A stretch of 29,729 bases of DNA from Candidatus Micrarchaeota archaeon (GTDB lineage Archaea > Micrarchaeota > Micrarchaeia > Norongarragalinales > SBBD01), in assembly GCA_038046605.1 (NCBI GenBank), contig JBBSVW010000028.1, forward strand, positions 1 to 29,729, in the 5' to 3' direction. A program made the position numbers and the translations under genes. The notes below the pieces were generated by a model. It was not told where the DNA came from, did not search any database, and worked only from the letters and a program-made list of their open reading frames with translations. Shown piece after piece: positions 1 through 8,828 of this stretch (positions are counted from its first letter, which is position 1; each line of letters begins with the position of its first letter).

Positions 1-59
1 TTATAGTATGACTCCTCAATGCCCCCATAGAATTGCTTCAAAGAATCTGCTATTCCCAT
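1..59 (-). CDS. 5' end of a gene running off the window (MGIADSLKQFYGGIEESYY...)
   Basis: ATG at 59-57 and an open frame to the window edge. An SD-like AAGTGAG and an AT-rich TATA-like TTTTATT (100-94) lie upstream on the minus strand. Confidence 0.6.
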   Translation of the reverse strand, partial: MGIADSLKQFYGGIEESYY

Positions 60-109
60 TACGCTCACTTGAGTATAGAGGTAAGTTTGAAGGAATAAAA
101 GGCTGTCGC

Positions 110-270
110 TGACCAACCGCCTGACACCTCCAGGGGGCTAAGCCCCCTACTCGTGTTACGTAGACCACTTGGGTCTACTAACATACGAAGACTTATCGTC
201 TTCGGTATGTCGCCTCTACCCCCCTAATCAGATTTGCGAATTAATTCGAGGAATTAGTATAGATCGGTCA
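110..270 (-). ncRNA. Candidate structured RNA or MITE-like element (multibranch, about 160 nt)
   Basis: A 9-bp closing stem on the minus strand (UGACCGAUC/GGUUGGUCA, 2 G-U) encloses hairpins at 132-148, 160-178 and 181-210 and the palindrome at 237-248. Confidence 0.5.
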
Positions 271-320
271 ATCCAACAAACGTTTTTAACCTCGAAAGGG
301 GATATGTTATCCGTGGGAAC

Positions 321-674
321 ATGGCTGACCTATTTACCGTGAACCAGATGCTTGATGCCATTATTGCCATCCTTGCCATAATCGTATTCATCCTCATTTT
401 CCGCTCATCCCCAAAGGGGTTTAGGAGCAGGCCCCACAAAATTGAGATTTTGAAGGGGAACAAGGGCTTATCCGAAACCCGCAAGGAAGCCCTTAGGGAA
501 ATGCGGGAACTGCTTGATGCCAAGGGCGAGCTCCAGAAAATGATTTCCGATGCGAAGCGGCGTTATATGAAAAATGAGCTCACATATGAAGCATCGCTAA
601 TAATCGAGGAGGATGCGCTAGAGAGAATAGAAAAAATCGACCGGAGGCTTTTGCAATTCGAAGGGATGTATTAG
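321..674 (+). CDS. Hypothetical protein, N-terminal TM helix plus charged helical/coiled-coil domain
   Basis: 117-aa ORF with hydrophobic AIIAILAIIVFILIF. TATA-like TTTTTAA lies about 30 nt upstream. Confidence 0.8.
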   Translation: MADLFTVNQMLDAIIAILAIIVFILIFRSSPKGFRSRPHKIEILKGNKGLSETRKEALREMRELLDAKGELQKMISDAKRRYMKNELTYEASLIIEEDALERIEKIDRRLLQFEGMY

Positions 675-708
675 GGCGGGAAATAGCGCATTGCTATTTG
701 GCATGAAT

Positions 709-756
709 CATGGGGGAAATTATTTTTACATGGGGGAATTTTTTGGCATGGGGGAA
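709..756 (+). repeat. Three direct copies of CATGGGGGAA upstream of folD
   Basis: Exact 10-mers at 709, 729 and 747. Confidence 0.85.
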
Positions 757-805
757 ATTTGTTAATTTAGGGTCAAAGGCTGTTTGTTTAATGCGGGATT
801 AAAAT

Positions 806-1747
806 ATGGCAATAATAATGGAGGGAAAACCCATTGCGGAAAAAGTGCTTGCGGAAGTAAAGGGTGAAATTTCCGCACTTGCAAAAAAGCGCATAATCCC
901 CTCGCTTACAGTCGTGCTTGTTGGAAATGATCCCGCCTCGATGGCATACGTTAATTCCAAGGAGCGCAAATCGCGGGAACTTGGCATCAACTCAAGGAAA
1001 ATATCACTTCCCGAAAAAACATCCGAAATAGAGCTGCTTAGTTTGGTTGAAAAATTGAATAAGGACAAATCCGTCCATGCGATTTTGGTGCAATTCCCCC
1101 TTCCAAAGCAAATAAACGAGCGCCACGTGAGGGATTCAATCCTGCCCGAAAAGGATGTTGACGGGCTCAATTCGGTGAGCATTGGCAAGCTATTGAATGG
1201 CGATGAAACCCTTGCCCCCTGCACCCCTAAAGGCATCATCAGAATGCTTGAAGAGCACAAGGTTGCAATCGAGGGGAAACATGCGGTTGTTGTTGGCAGA
1301 AGCCTCCTTGTTGGAAAGCCAATTGCAAACATGCTGCTTAACCGGAATGCTACCGTAACAATTTGCCATTCGAAAACCAAGAACCTTTCGGAAATCACAA
1401 AAGGGGCCGATATTCTTATTGTTGCCGTGGGAAAGCCGCATCTTGTGGGCGCCAATATGGTGAAAACGGGCGCGGTTGTAATTGACGTTGGCATCAACAG
1501 GTTAGGCGGGCAGACCGTGAAGGAGGATGTGGAAATGGGAATTAAGGGTGCAAAGGAAAAATCCGCCTCGCATGCATTTGCCAATCCCGATCAAAAGCCC
1601 AAATTCGTGGGGGACGTTGATTTTGAATCCGTGAGCAAGAAGGCATCCAAAATTTCTCCGGTCCCCGGAGGCGTTGGGCCAATGACAATTGCAATGCTGA
1701 TGAGGAACACGGTAAATTGCGCAAAACTGCAAAATGGGCTTGCGTAA
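806..1747 (+). CDS. folD: Bifunctional methylenetetrahydrofolate dehydrogenase/cyclohydrolase
   Basis: Motifs YVNSK, ILVQFPLP, KDVDG, PCTPKG, GRSLLVGKP, VIDVGIN and PVPGGVGPMT. Confidence 0.98.
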   Translation: MAIIMEGKPIAEKVLAEVKGEISALAKKRIIPSLTVVLVGNDPASMAYVNSKERKSRELGINSRKISLPEKTSEIELLSLVEKLNKDKSVHAILVQFPLPKQINERHVRDSILPEKDVDGLNSVSIGKLLNGDETLAPCTPKGIIRMLEEHKVAIEGKHAVVVGRSLLVGKPIANMLLNRNATVTICHSKTKNLSEITKGADILIVAVGKPHLVGANMVKTGAVVIDVGINRLGGQTVKEDVEMGIKGAKEKSASHAFANPDQKPKFVGDVDFESVSKKASKISPVPGGVGPMTIAMLMRNTVNCAKLQNGLA

Positions 1748-1899
1748 TTGATGGTTATTCCCCCCCAATCCCCATGCTTAATTTTTTTACGCCTAAAAAT
1801 CTGAGAATTCCTGCCTATCTTTATCCCTTATTTTTTGAAAAATGCCTCCAACCATTAATTTAATATGGATTCTTCCATTCCCTATTGTGGTATTGGAAT

Positions 1900-2817
1900 A
1901 TGGCATTCATTGATTACCTTCGCGGAAAGCTCGTGAACCGAAATCCCCTAATGATCCTCCTTCTTGGCTTTGTTTCAACAATGCTTGGGGTTGGGACCGC
2001 ATACCTGGTGTTCCCCGAAAACGTGGGGCTAATGGGGCTTGCGTTCGCTTCACTTATCATGCAGCCATTTGTTTCAAAGCTATTAAATTACGAGGAGGAT
2101 CGCTCCTACCGGACCAAGAGGATTTCCCGCGGGATTTTCAGGGATCATTCGCAAACTTTCAAGACAATCCTTCTGCTCTTCTTTGGGATCATGCTCGCAT
2201 ATTCCGCCCTTTACCTCTATTCGAGGCAGGTTCGCGTCCAAAAACTCTTTGGCTCGCAAATTGCCCCCTATTGCATAACCCTGGACAATCAGGAGGCCAG
2301 GGATTTGTGCCTTAAGGAAAATGTCGGCTATGTGAAGGAAAGCGTGCCTGATGCGGCATCAAGCAACCTCGCCGGCGGCGCTGGCAGGGGCGGTTGCGTT
2401 ACCCAAATGGATTGCTTTTTTGGCTATATTATGAACAACCTTGTTGTGATGCTTGTTGTAGTCATCCTATCCAGCGCATACGGGGCAGGCGCCATGCTCT
2501 TCCTTGGATGGAATGCCTCGGTTTGGGGCACGGTTTTTGCATATATTGCAGTTGATGCGTCTGCTGCTAGCGGTGCCAAAACCCAAGCCTTCCTTTCCTT
2601 ATTCCTCAAAATCTTCCCCCACACTTTCCTTGAAGCATCGGCATATTTCCTTGCGGTAATTGCCGGGATCGTGGTAACAAAGGCGTACCTCCGGGAAAAG
2701 ATGGGCACAAAGCGCTTCAACTTCGTGATAATGGATGGCATGCTCTTTTTCCTGCTTTCAATAATTGTTGTGGTGCTGGCAGCCGCATTCGAGGCGTTCA
2801 TCTATCCGATGTTCTAG
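1900..2817 (+). CDS. SpoIIM-like (DUF95) polytopic membrane protein with a Cys-containing external loop
   Basis: Multiple TM helices and the C-terminal motif PHTFLEASAYFLAVIAG. ATG 1900 is preferred over TTG 1885. Confidence 0.75.
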   Translation: MAFIDYLRGKLVNRNPLMILLLGFVSTMLGVGTAYLVFPENVGLMGLAFASLIMQPFVSKLLNYEEDRSYRTKRISRGIFRDHSQTFKTILLLFFGIMLAYSALYLYSRQVRVQKLFGSQIAPYCITLDNQEARDLCLKENVGYVKESVPDAASSNLAGGAGRGGCVTQMDCFFGYIMNNLVVMLVVVILSSAYGAGAMLFLGWNASVWGTVFAYIAVDASAASGAKTQAFLSLFLKIFPHTFLEASAYFLAVIAGIVVTKAYLREKMGTKRFNFVIMDGMLFFLLSIIVVVLAAAFEAFIYPMF

Positions 2818-2863
2818 TAAAATATGCGCAACATGGCAGATGGATGACCCGGCGCTCCACAAG

Positions 2864-3199
2864 CTAGGGAATCGCAAACGAGATCAGCTTTGGATTGGAA
2901 ATGCTCATGCTCAAAACCTCCTTATCCTTCAACCCCAATGCGACTATCACTTCTTTTGGAATCCGAAAGACGAACGAATTCCCCACTTTGGCGATCCTTG
3001 CCGTCAATTTTTTCTGATGGGCAAGCTTATTTATGGCAAGTATCCTGCCGGCATCATCGTGATGAATGATTTTTTCCCCGCATTTTTCACACACCCAGCC
3101 CCTTACGAGATATTCCCTATAATGGAACCTAGCTGGCGCCGCCCAACCGCTGCAGAAAACGCATTTCAATTTATCTTCTTCGATTTTCATTTTGATCAT
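2864..3199 (-). CDS. Putative antitoxin: YgiT/MqsA-type zinc ribbon fused to an AbrB/MazE/SpoVT DNA-binding domain
   Basis: CVFC...CEKCGE followed by RIAKVGNSFVFRIPKEV. ATG 3199 overlaps the upstream TGA (ATGA), with an alternative ATG at 3190. Confidence 0.8.
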   Translation of the reverse strand: MIKMKIEEDKLKCVFCSGWAAPARFHYREYLVRGWVCEKCGEKIIHHDDAGRILAINKLAHQKKLTARIAKVGNSFVFRIPKEVIVALGLKDKEVLSMSISNPKLISFAIP

Positions 3200-3465
3200 C
3201 TCAAGGAATATTCGCCTACGTGGATTACTGCCCAAATCATTTCTTTTGTTGAGTATTGGAATGATTCCGCAATTACGATTTTCCTTATCCTGCCTCCCTT
3301 TTTTAGCTCAAATTCGTGCACTCCCTCCTTTCTTTGCCTGCTTTCCATCCCCTCATGCAAAATTTGGCCCAGATCCTCCTCATCCCAATTAAGCTCTTCA
3401 AGTTCCGCCAATGCATGTTTTGTTGATTCGACATGGAGGCTTTTCCAATACAGCAAAGCAAACAC
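3196..3465 (-). CDS. Putative DUF4258/RelE-like toxin
   Basis: Pattern TKHALAEL...EDLGQILHEG...WAVIHV, translationally coupled to the zinc-ribbon gene. The start is GTG 3465, or TTG 3456 after GGGTG. Confidence 0.65.
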   Translation of the reverse strand: MFALLYWKSLHVESTKHALAELEELNWDEEDLGQILHEGMESRQRKEGVHEFELKKGGRIRKIVIAESFQYSTKEMIWAVIHVGEYSLR

Positions 3466-3478
3466 CCATTACTTCGCC

Positions 3479-3506
3479 GTATATACTTTGAAGTATATAC
3501 TTAGAA
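3479..3506. promoter_or_regulatory. Probable autoregulatory operator of the TA operon
   Basis: Perfect inverted repeat GTATATACTT-tg-AAGTATATAC (3479-3500), also a 14-bp tandem repeat. It lies between the minus-strand TATA-like TTTTAAA (3514-3508) and the toxin start. Confidence 0.7.
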
Positions 3507-3626
3507 GTTTAAAATCCTATCGCCCCCACGGCTAGCTCTAAATTAGTTTAGCCTTATATCCGATTCGAGGGGTGGTTTCGGGTGCACCTTCTCCAGGTAG
3601 CATGGATTTTTGGGAAAAAAAGCGCC

Positions 3627-4394
3627 TTATTTCAATTTTTCAATCAGCTGCGGATGCAAAACGCCATTGCTCGCGGCAAAATCAAAGCTAGTGCTGGAGG
3701 GGTTGACCTTTGCGCCATTCAGATGGGAGCATTTGCCCCCGGCCTCACTTATAATGGAGAGGGCAGCGGCAACATCCCAAATGTAAAGATAGGCGGATAT
3801 AAACACATCGAACCTGCCACAGGCAAGGAAGGCAAGGTCCATGGCAGCCGAGCCAAGGGTCCGCACGCGGTGCTTCAAAGCAAGATTCTTTTCCAAAAGC
3901 AACGTTTTTCTAATGTAGTTTTCCTTTGGGGCCATCTCAACGCATAGGAGCAAATCATAAAATTCCTTTTGGGATGAAACGGAAATCCTTTTTCCATTGA
4001 GGGTGGCGCCCTTCCCCTTGTCGGATAGGTATAGTTCGTCAAGGGTAGGAAGGTAAATTGCGCCCGCAATTATCTCTTCCTTATGCATAAGCCCGATGGA
4101 AATGCCAAAAAGCGGGTTATCATGGGCAAAATTGCCCGTCCCATCCACCGGATCCACAATCCACCTATAATCGGATTTGGCGCCAGCAAAATCGCTCTCC
4201 TCCGAGAGGAAATCGTGGGATGGGAAATTATCCTCAATAAGTATTTTTTGGAGCAGCGCCTCGCTTTTCTTATCTGCCATGGTTGCAATGTCGCGCTCCG
4301 CCTTGAAATGGATGCCTAGTTCCTTGCCGCGAAATCCCAAAACCAGCTCTCCAGCTTCCCTGGCCGCCCTGCCTGCTATTTGCGAATATTTCAT
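3627..4394 (-). CDS. suhB: Inositol monophosphatase family (IMPase/FBPase, SuhB-like)
   Basis: Motifs LSEE, WIVDPVDGTGNF, GSAAMDL and WDVAAA. Confidence 0.93.
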   Translation of the reverse strand: MKYSQIAGRAAREAGELVLGFRGKELGIHFKAERDIATMADKKSEALLQKILIEDNFPSHDFLSEESDFAGAKSDYRWIVDPVDGTGNFAHDNPLFGISIGLMHKEEIIAGAIYLPTLDELYLSDKGKGATLNGKRISVSSQKEFYDLLLCVEMAPKENYIRKTLLLEKNLALKHRVRTLGSAAMDLAFLACGRFDVFISAYLYIWDVAAALSIISEAGGKCSHLNGAKVNPSSTSFDFAASNGVLHPQLIEKLK

Positions 4395-4569
4395 ATTTTT
4401 TTGTTAGGCATCAACGCTTAAATAATGCCCCTGAAAATAGGGGAATTGATTGGCAATGGGCTGTTTTTATATAAAACTCCCGCTTCAATCCATTCAAACC
4501 CCTTTAATAAAGCTTAAAAATGCGATTGCGTTTAATTCTGACATCGATTACACTGATTAGGTGAGAACT

Positions 4570-4935
4570 ATGGGAATCTTCTCTTCTTTGAGCAAGGCGC
4601 TGGGCTTCACGCGGGACATTAATGTGGAGGAATTCATGTCCGCCGCGGAGGCCGAGGATGTGGATGTGATGCATAAGGCAGCCGATTACTATGTCAAGCC
4701 TATTGCCCTCCAAAGCGATTCGGATGTTGCGATAGTCAAGGAGGAGCTCACAAACCGCAACCATGTGCTCCTTAACTTCTCGCCGATAATGCGCAACCCC
4801 TCGAAGCTCAAGCAGGTCGTCGGAGAGCTCAAGATGTTCGTGCACTCCATCAACGGCGACATTGCAAGGATTGACGAGGACAAAATCCTGCTGACGCCGG
4901 CGAATGTGAAGATAGTTAAGAAAAGGCGGGGCTGA
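4570..4935 (+). CDS. sepF: Archaeal cell division protein SepF
   Basis: N-terminal amphipathic helix (MGIFSSLSKALG) and C-terminal GDIARIDEDKILLTPANVKI. SD AGGTGAG precedes ATG 4570. Confidence 0.88.
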   Translation: MGIFSSLSKALGFTRDINVEEFMSAAEAEDVDVMHKAADYYVKPIALQSDSDVAIVKEELTNRNHVLLNFSPIMRNPSKLKQVVGELKMFVHSINGDIARIDEDKILLTPANVKIVKKRRG

Positions 4936-4939
4936 TTCT

Positions 4940-5410
4940 ATGAAACTCGAACAATCTGAGCGGGGGGGGCGAAGGAATTTTAAGGTAGTTTTGGAAAGGA
5001 AGGAACTTACTCCAGAATGGAGGTCTCAGGTTGGGGAAATACGAAACGCTCGAAAATTGAAGTTAGTAGGGCGCGCTATACAAATTGCCGGTCTCGGATT
5101 TGCCGGTTCCCTTCCATTGGTAGGAGATCGCTCGCTTGGTTATGCTACGGGGGGAACATTTGTTGCCGCAGGGCAGGGTGCAGCAAATGTCGCAAAAAGA
5201 GACCTCGCCGAAAAACATGCGGGTGAGCTGCCTTCACTGCTGAAAAGAAGGTTAATTGTTGGGGATCCTGCTAACAATGCGCGGATATTGTCGGTTCTGG
5301 AAAATCATACCGGAGACATCTATATCAGAACATGGAGGCAAAAACTGATATTATCGTCTAAATCGCGTTTTCCGCGTTATCACGCGAAAGTAAAAGCAGG
5401 CGCTTTGTAA
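4940..5410 (+). CDS. Hypothetical basic protein with Gly/Ala-rich hydrophobic hairpin
   Basis: 156-aa ORF starting 4 nt after sepF. No family recognised. Confidence 0.65.
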   Translation: MKLEQSERGGRRNFKVVLERKELTPEWRSQVGEIRNARKLKLVGRAIQIAGLGFAGSLPLVGDRSLGYATGGTFVAAGQGAANVAKRDLAEKHAGELPSLLKRRLIVGDPANNARILSVLENHTGDIYIRTWRQKLILSSKSRFPRYHAKVKAGAL

Positions 5411-5418
5411 CAAGAGTG

Positions 5419-5560
5419 ACTGAGCCTTAATCCGTGGGAACCGGCTAAAAGACTACAGGTTTCGTTTTTGGCGCCATTATAGCGGTGTTTATCTGCGTTT
5501 TTCCCAAATTTCCAAGTCGCAGGTTAGCAGTCGGTTCCATCTCTAAGCTGTATCCTCAGT
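5419..5560 (+). ncRNA. Candidate structured intergenic RNA (about 142 nt)
   Basis: Nested stems ACTGAG/CTCAGT and GGAACCGGCT/AGTCGGTTCC (10 bp, 1 G-U), with inner hairpins at 5470-5489 and 5491-5524. Confidence 0.35.
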
Positions 5561-5648
5561 TTATTGGTCGGTATCAATCCGTGCGTGCTTTTTATTACTA
5601 ACGGGGCGTTAGCAAATTAATTTATTTTTATCCCTATTCCTAATTCCC

Positions 5649-6346
5649 ATGGCATCCAAAAACGAGCATCCGGATTTATGGCTTGATCCTCGGAAACTAT
5701 ATGCGGGATTAAAACCGGGCGAAACTTTCGGTACACTCACCCATACCGGCATCCCCGCCGAATTCCTACAAAAAGTTCTTCGGGATCCGGGCAGGATGAC
5801 CGCCCTGGAAGTGGGGCCGCATATTGTGCCTACTGCCCTTGATCTGCCCTTCAAAAGCACTACCATGATGGATATTTCAGACGCAGGCCTTTGGGCATTG
5901 AGGGAAATGGTATTACGCAGGCATCCCAAAAGGAAAGTTAGTTATGTTGCTGGCGATGTGCTCAATATGCCCCTAAAGGGGAGGTTTGATGTGGGAATAA
6001 TGAATGGCGTTTTGGGCCATTTGCCGCCTGAAAAGCATGAGGCCGCTGTTAAGGCGCTTATTTCGAGAGTTAGGCATGCGTTCATATCGGACCGCACTCG
6101 GGTCCAACAGGAAGGCCATGTGAGTGTGGATTTGGTATCAATTGCAAAAAAGCTAAAGGAATCCGGCCATAATGTGTACCTTTCCAAACCAATTGCCTTG
6201 CCTATAACCGGTGAAGTGATGGGATCCCAAGGCTTGAGCCCGAATGGATAACCGATGCGTTGGCAGAAAAATTAAGGGTGGAAACCTACCGATTCATGTT
6301 TGTAGGCAAATTGAAGCCTAAAAAAGGTAACCTGGTGCGAAAATAG
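5649..6346 (+). CDS. Class I SAM-dependent methyltransferase-like protein, apparently frameshifted near its 3' end
   Basis: Motifs LEVGP, MMDIS and VAGDVLNMPLKGRFDVGIMNGVLGHL. The main frame stops at 6251, while the -1 frame is open 6215-6346. Confidence 0.7.
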
Positions 6347-6349
6347 CTT

Positions 6350-6979
6350 CTATTTTTCCAGCACTTTTTCCTCCGCACTCCTGAAGAACTTGGAAATGCG
6401 AAGCTGCTTTAATTTTATTTCCAGCGAAGGCCCGTGTTTTTCGCTTTTTCCTCCCCTGCCTTTGGGTTTTTTTGGGAGCCTTGCCTTCAAATATCCCGCG
6501 AGCTGCTCGATTGCCTCGTTCATGATGATCTTATTGTAGTTGATTTCCGGCAAATCCTCAAGCTCGGTTTCGGAAATGCAGCTGAAAATAAGGAAATCAT
6601 CCCTTTCGGTCAGGAGAATGTAAAACGGCCCATCCTTTGCCGGTTTTGAGATGAACTTGATGCCGGAAAAATGCTTTGTGATTTTAAGGTGCGCCTCCAG
6701 CCAATCCATCTCACTATCCTGGAGCCCAAGGGATGCAGAATTCAGGTTCTGCGGATTTGCGGCGAAATAATTGCGGAAATAGCTGATTAATGGCGCACTT
6801 AGAACTCCAAGAAGCAACCCTGAAAATTTCTCTTTCTCCCCCTTGATTTTAAGCCCTGCTGTTTTTCCCACATACCTTGCATTAAGTAGGGGCGTTTGGA
6901 AAATTAGAGGATAGTAGAATTCATCCTCCTCTGAAATGAGCTTGTGGTAATTTGACCTATTCAAAATGAAGAACTCCAC
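6350..6979 (-). CDS. Hypothetical protein
   Basis: 209-aa ORF with GTG start preceded by GGGGGATTGA. Confidence 0.75.
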   Translation of the reverse strand: MEFFILNRSNYHKLISEEDEFYYPLIFQTPLLNARYVGKTAGLKIKGEKEKFSGLLLGVLSAPLISYFRNYFAANPQNLNSASLGLQDSEMDWLEAHLKITKHFSGIKFISKPAKDGPFYILLTERDDFLIFSCISETELEDLPEINYNKIIMNEAIEQLAGYLKARLPKKPKGRGGKSEKHGPSLEIKLKQLRISKFFRSAEEKVLEK

Positions 6980-7049
6980 TTCAATCCCCCATAATAGCTC
7001 TCAAATGATGTATAAAAAGGCAGGCTATTCCGCTTAGGCATCGGGTTTT

Positions 7050-7685
7050 TCAGCTTGTTTTTTTGGCCATCCCCTTCTCGCGGAACCTTCGTATTGCCTC
7101 TGCAAGCTCTTTTTGATATTTTACCCTTATTTGCGTTGCCGGCGGTACAGCTTCCCCTCCCTCGCTTATTTTTTTTACACCCCGGGCCTCCTTGATTACA
7201 GGATAGTGGGGCTCGATGAATCCCTCTAGGTGGAAATGAGTAAGCAGCATTCCTATTGCCGTCCTTGAGAAGGCATCGGATATAAGCCGATGCATAAGGT
7301 ATCGGGGAATGTCGGATATGGGCAGCGGCTTGCCGTATTTGAAATCGTTGTGGGTAACCAGTGTCCTTCCATCGATTTCCCTTGCCCTTTTCTGCATATC
7401 ATCAAGCCGATCGTCCGAAACCCTTTCATCCGCAGGAATTGCAATTTTGGCTATTCCTGGAATATTATCTATGTAATGCCCATAATGGGCCGAATTGGCA
7501 TGCCCCCTATTAAGGAACCCTGCCACATCTGAGTAGGTGAGCCTTTTTTTTCTTTTTGAATTGGGGTTGATAATGAATTCAAGGGCGTTTGCCTTAAGGT
7601 GCCCGTACGTCGAATCAAAACCCTTCATTGCCCTTTCTACCCTTCCTTCCCCCGTAAGCCTATGAAGGGGGATTTTCCTTGGCAT
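7050..7685 (-). CDS. Hypothetical basic orphan protein
   Basis: 211-aa ORF with GAGGAG and TATA-like TTTAATA upstream. Confidence 0.75.
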   Translation of the reverse strand: MPRKIPLHRLTGEGRVERAMKGFDSTYGHLKANALEFIINPNSKRKKRLTYSDVAGFLNRGHANSAHYGHYIDNIPGIAKIAIPADERVSDDRLDDMQKRAREIDGRTLVTHNDFKYGKPLPISDIPRYLMHRLISDAFSRTAIGMLLTHFHLEGFIEPHYPVIKEARGVKKISEGGEAVPPATQIRVKYQKELAEAIRRFREKGMAKKTS

Positions 7686-7787
7686 GTAATTACTCCTCAG
7701 AGCATGATTATTAAATCAGCTCCGGGAGCCGCTTTTAATTAAAACAAACCGATTTAAAGCCGGAGAACAGGAAAATAGGGGGTTCGA

Positions 7788-8828
7788 ATGGGCGCAGGTT
7801 CAATAATGCCAAAGGCCAATGGGCATAGCGGATTTACCGATGCACAGCTTGAGCTCGAAGCAAAAAGGCTCCATTCCAAACTTTCCAATTTGGGCTGGAA
7901 CATTGAAACCTGCAGATTATACGCCCCCCTCACTTTGGAAATCAACACTCTCAAAAAGCTGCAAAATGCCGTTATTTTGGCTCACAACTATCAATCGCCC
8001 GAAATCCTATTTGGAATTGCAGACTTTGTCGGGGATTCGTATATGCTTTCAAAGCAGGCGCAATCCACTCCAGCAAAAAAAATCATTTTCTGCGGCGTGC
8101 GCTTCATGGCGGAAACCGCAAAGATGCTCTCTCCGGATAAAGAAGTACTGCTCCCAGCGCCTGATGCTGGCTGCTCCCTTGCGGAATCAATTACCGCGCA
8201 GGATGTTGGGGATCTCAAAAAGCAGCACCCAGATGCTGCCGTTGTCACCTACATCAACACTTACGCCGATGTGAAGGCGGAATCGGATGTAATTGTCACT
8301 TCAAGCAACGCACTGAAAATAATCGAGGCGCTCCCGCAAAAGAAGATCATTTTCCTGCCAGATAAATATATGGGGCAAAACCTTGCCAAGCAAACCAAGA
8401 AGCAGATCATCACCTGGGATGGTCTTTGCGTTGTCCACGAGGAGTTCTCTCCAAAGAAGCTGGATGCCTACAAGAAATTCTACCCGAATGCCAAAATATT
8501 GGTGCATACGGAGTGCTCGCCAGCAGTAGTCCAATTGGCGGACATGAGCGGTGGCACTGGCGATATGCAAAAATATGTGGCCGAATCAGATGCGAGTGAG
8601 TTCATGTTGGTGACTGAGTGTGGGCTCTCCGACAAGCTTAAAGTCACCTTCCCTTCAAAAAAATTCATCCCCTCCTGCGGCCTTTGCCCCCATATGAAGA
8701 GGAATGATTTGAGGAAGGTGCTGCAGGCACTGAAGAATCCATCTGCCGACCAGAAAATTTCAATTCCGGAAGATGTGAGGGAAAAAGCGCAAGCCGCCTT
8801 GGATAGGATGCTCCTATATGGAAACTAG
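7788..8828 (+). CDS. nadA: Quinolinate synthase A
   Basis: Motifs ILAHNYQ, GDS, FCGVRFMAET, YINT and HTEC. Three Fe-S Cys ligands occur in AGCSLA, GLCVVH and CPHMK. Confidence 0.97.
   Translation: MGAGSIMPKANGHSGFTDAQLELEAKRLHSKLSNLGWNIETCRLYAPLTLEINTLKKLQNAVILAHNYQSPEILFGIADFVGDSYMLSKQAQSTPAKKIIFCGVRFMAETAKMLSPDKEVLLPAPDAGCSLAESITAQDVGDLKKQHPDAAVVTYINTYADVKAESDVIVTSSNALKIIEALPQKKIIFLPDKYMGQNLAKQTKKQIITWDGLCVVHEEFSPKKLDAYKKFYPNAKILVHTECSPAVVQLADMSGGTGDMQKYVAESDASEFMLVTECGLSDKLKVTFPSKKFIPSCGLCPHMKRNDLRKVLQALKNPSADQKISIPEDVREKAQAALDRMLLYGN

Noticed and set aside
205-225. GGUAGAGGCG on the minus strand, resembling a lysine riboswitch 5' end
   Set aside because: The remaining architecture and the gene context do not fit.
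709-756. Possible mini-CRISPR
   Set aside because: The repeats are 10 nt with 8-10 nt spacers, and no cas genes are present.
799-1584. 261-aa minus-strand ORF, and similar shadows such as 9286-9891, 9884-10480, 15707-16198 and 24001-24504
   Set aside because: These are antisense to clearly identified conserved genes and carry no motifs of their own.
2765-3535. 256-aa plus-strand ORF
   Set aside because: It overlaps the TA pair on the opposite strand and has an unnatural composition.
5446-5565. Hammerhead-like words on the minus strand (CUGAGGA ... GAAAC ... GUC)
   Set aside because: Stem II lacks its closing pair, stem I is only 3 A-U pairs, and stem III is minimal.
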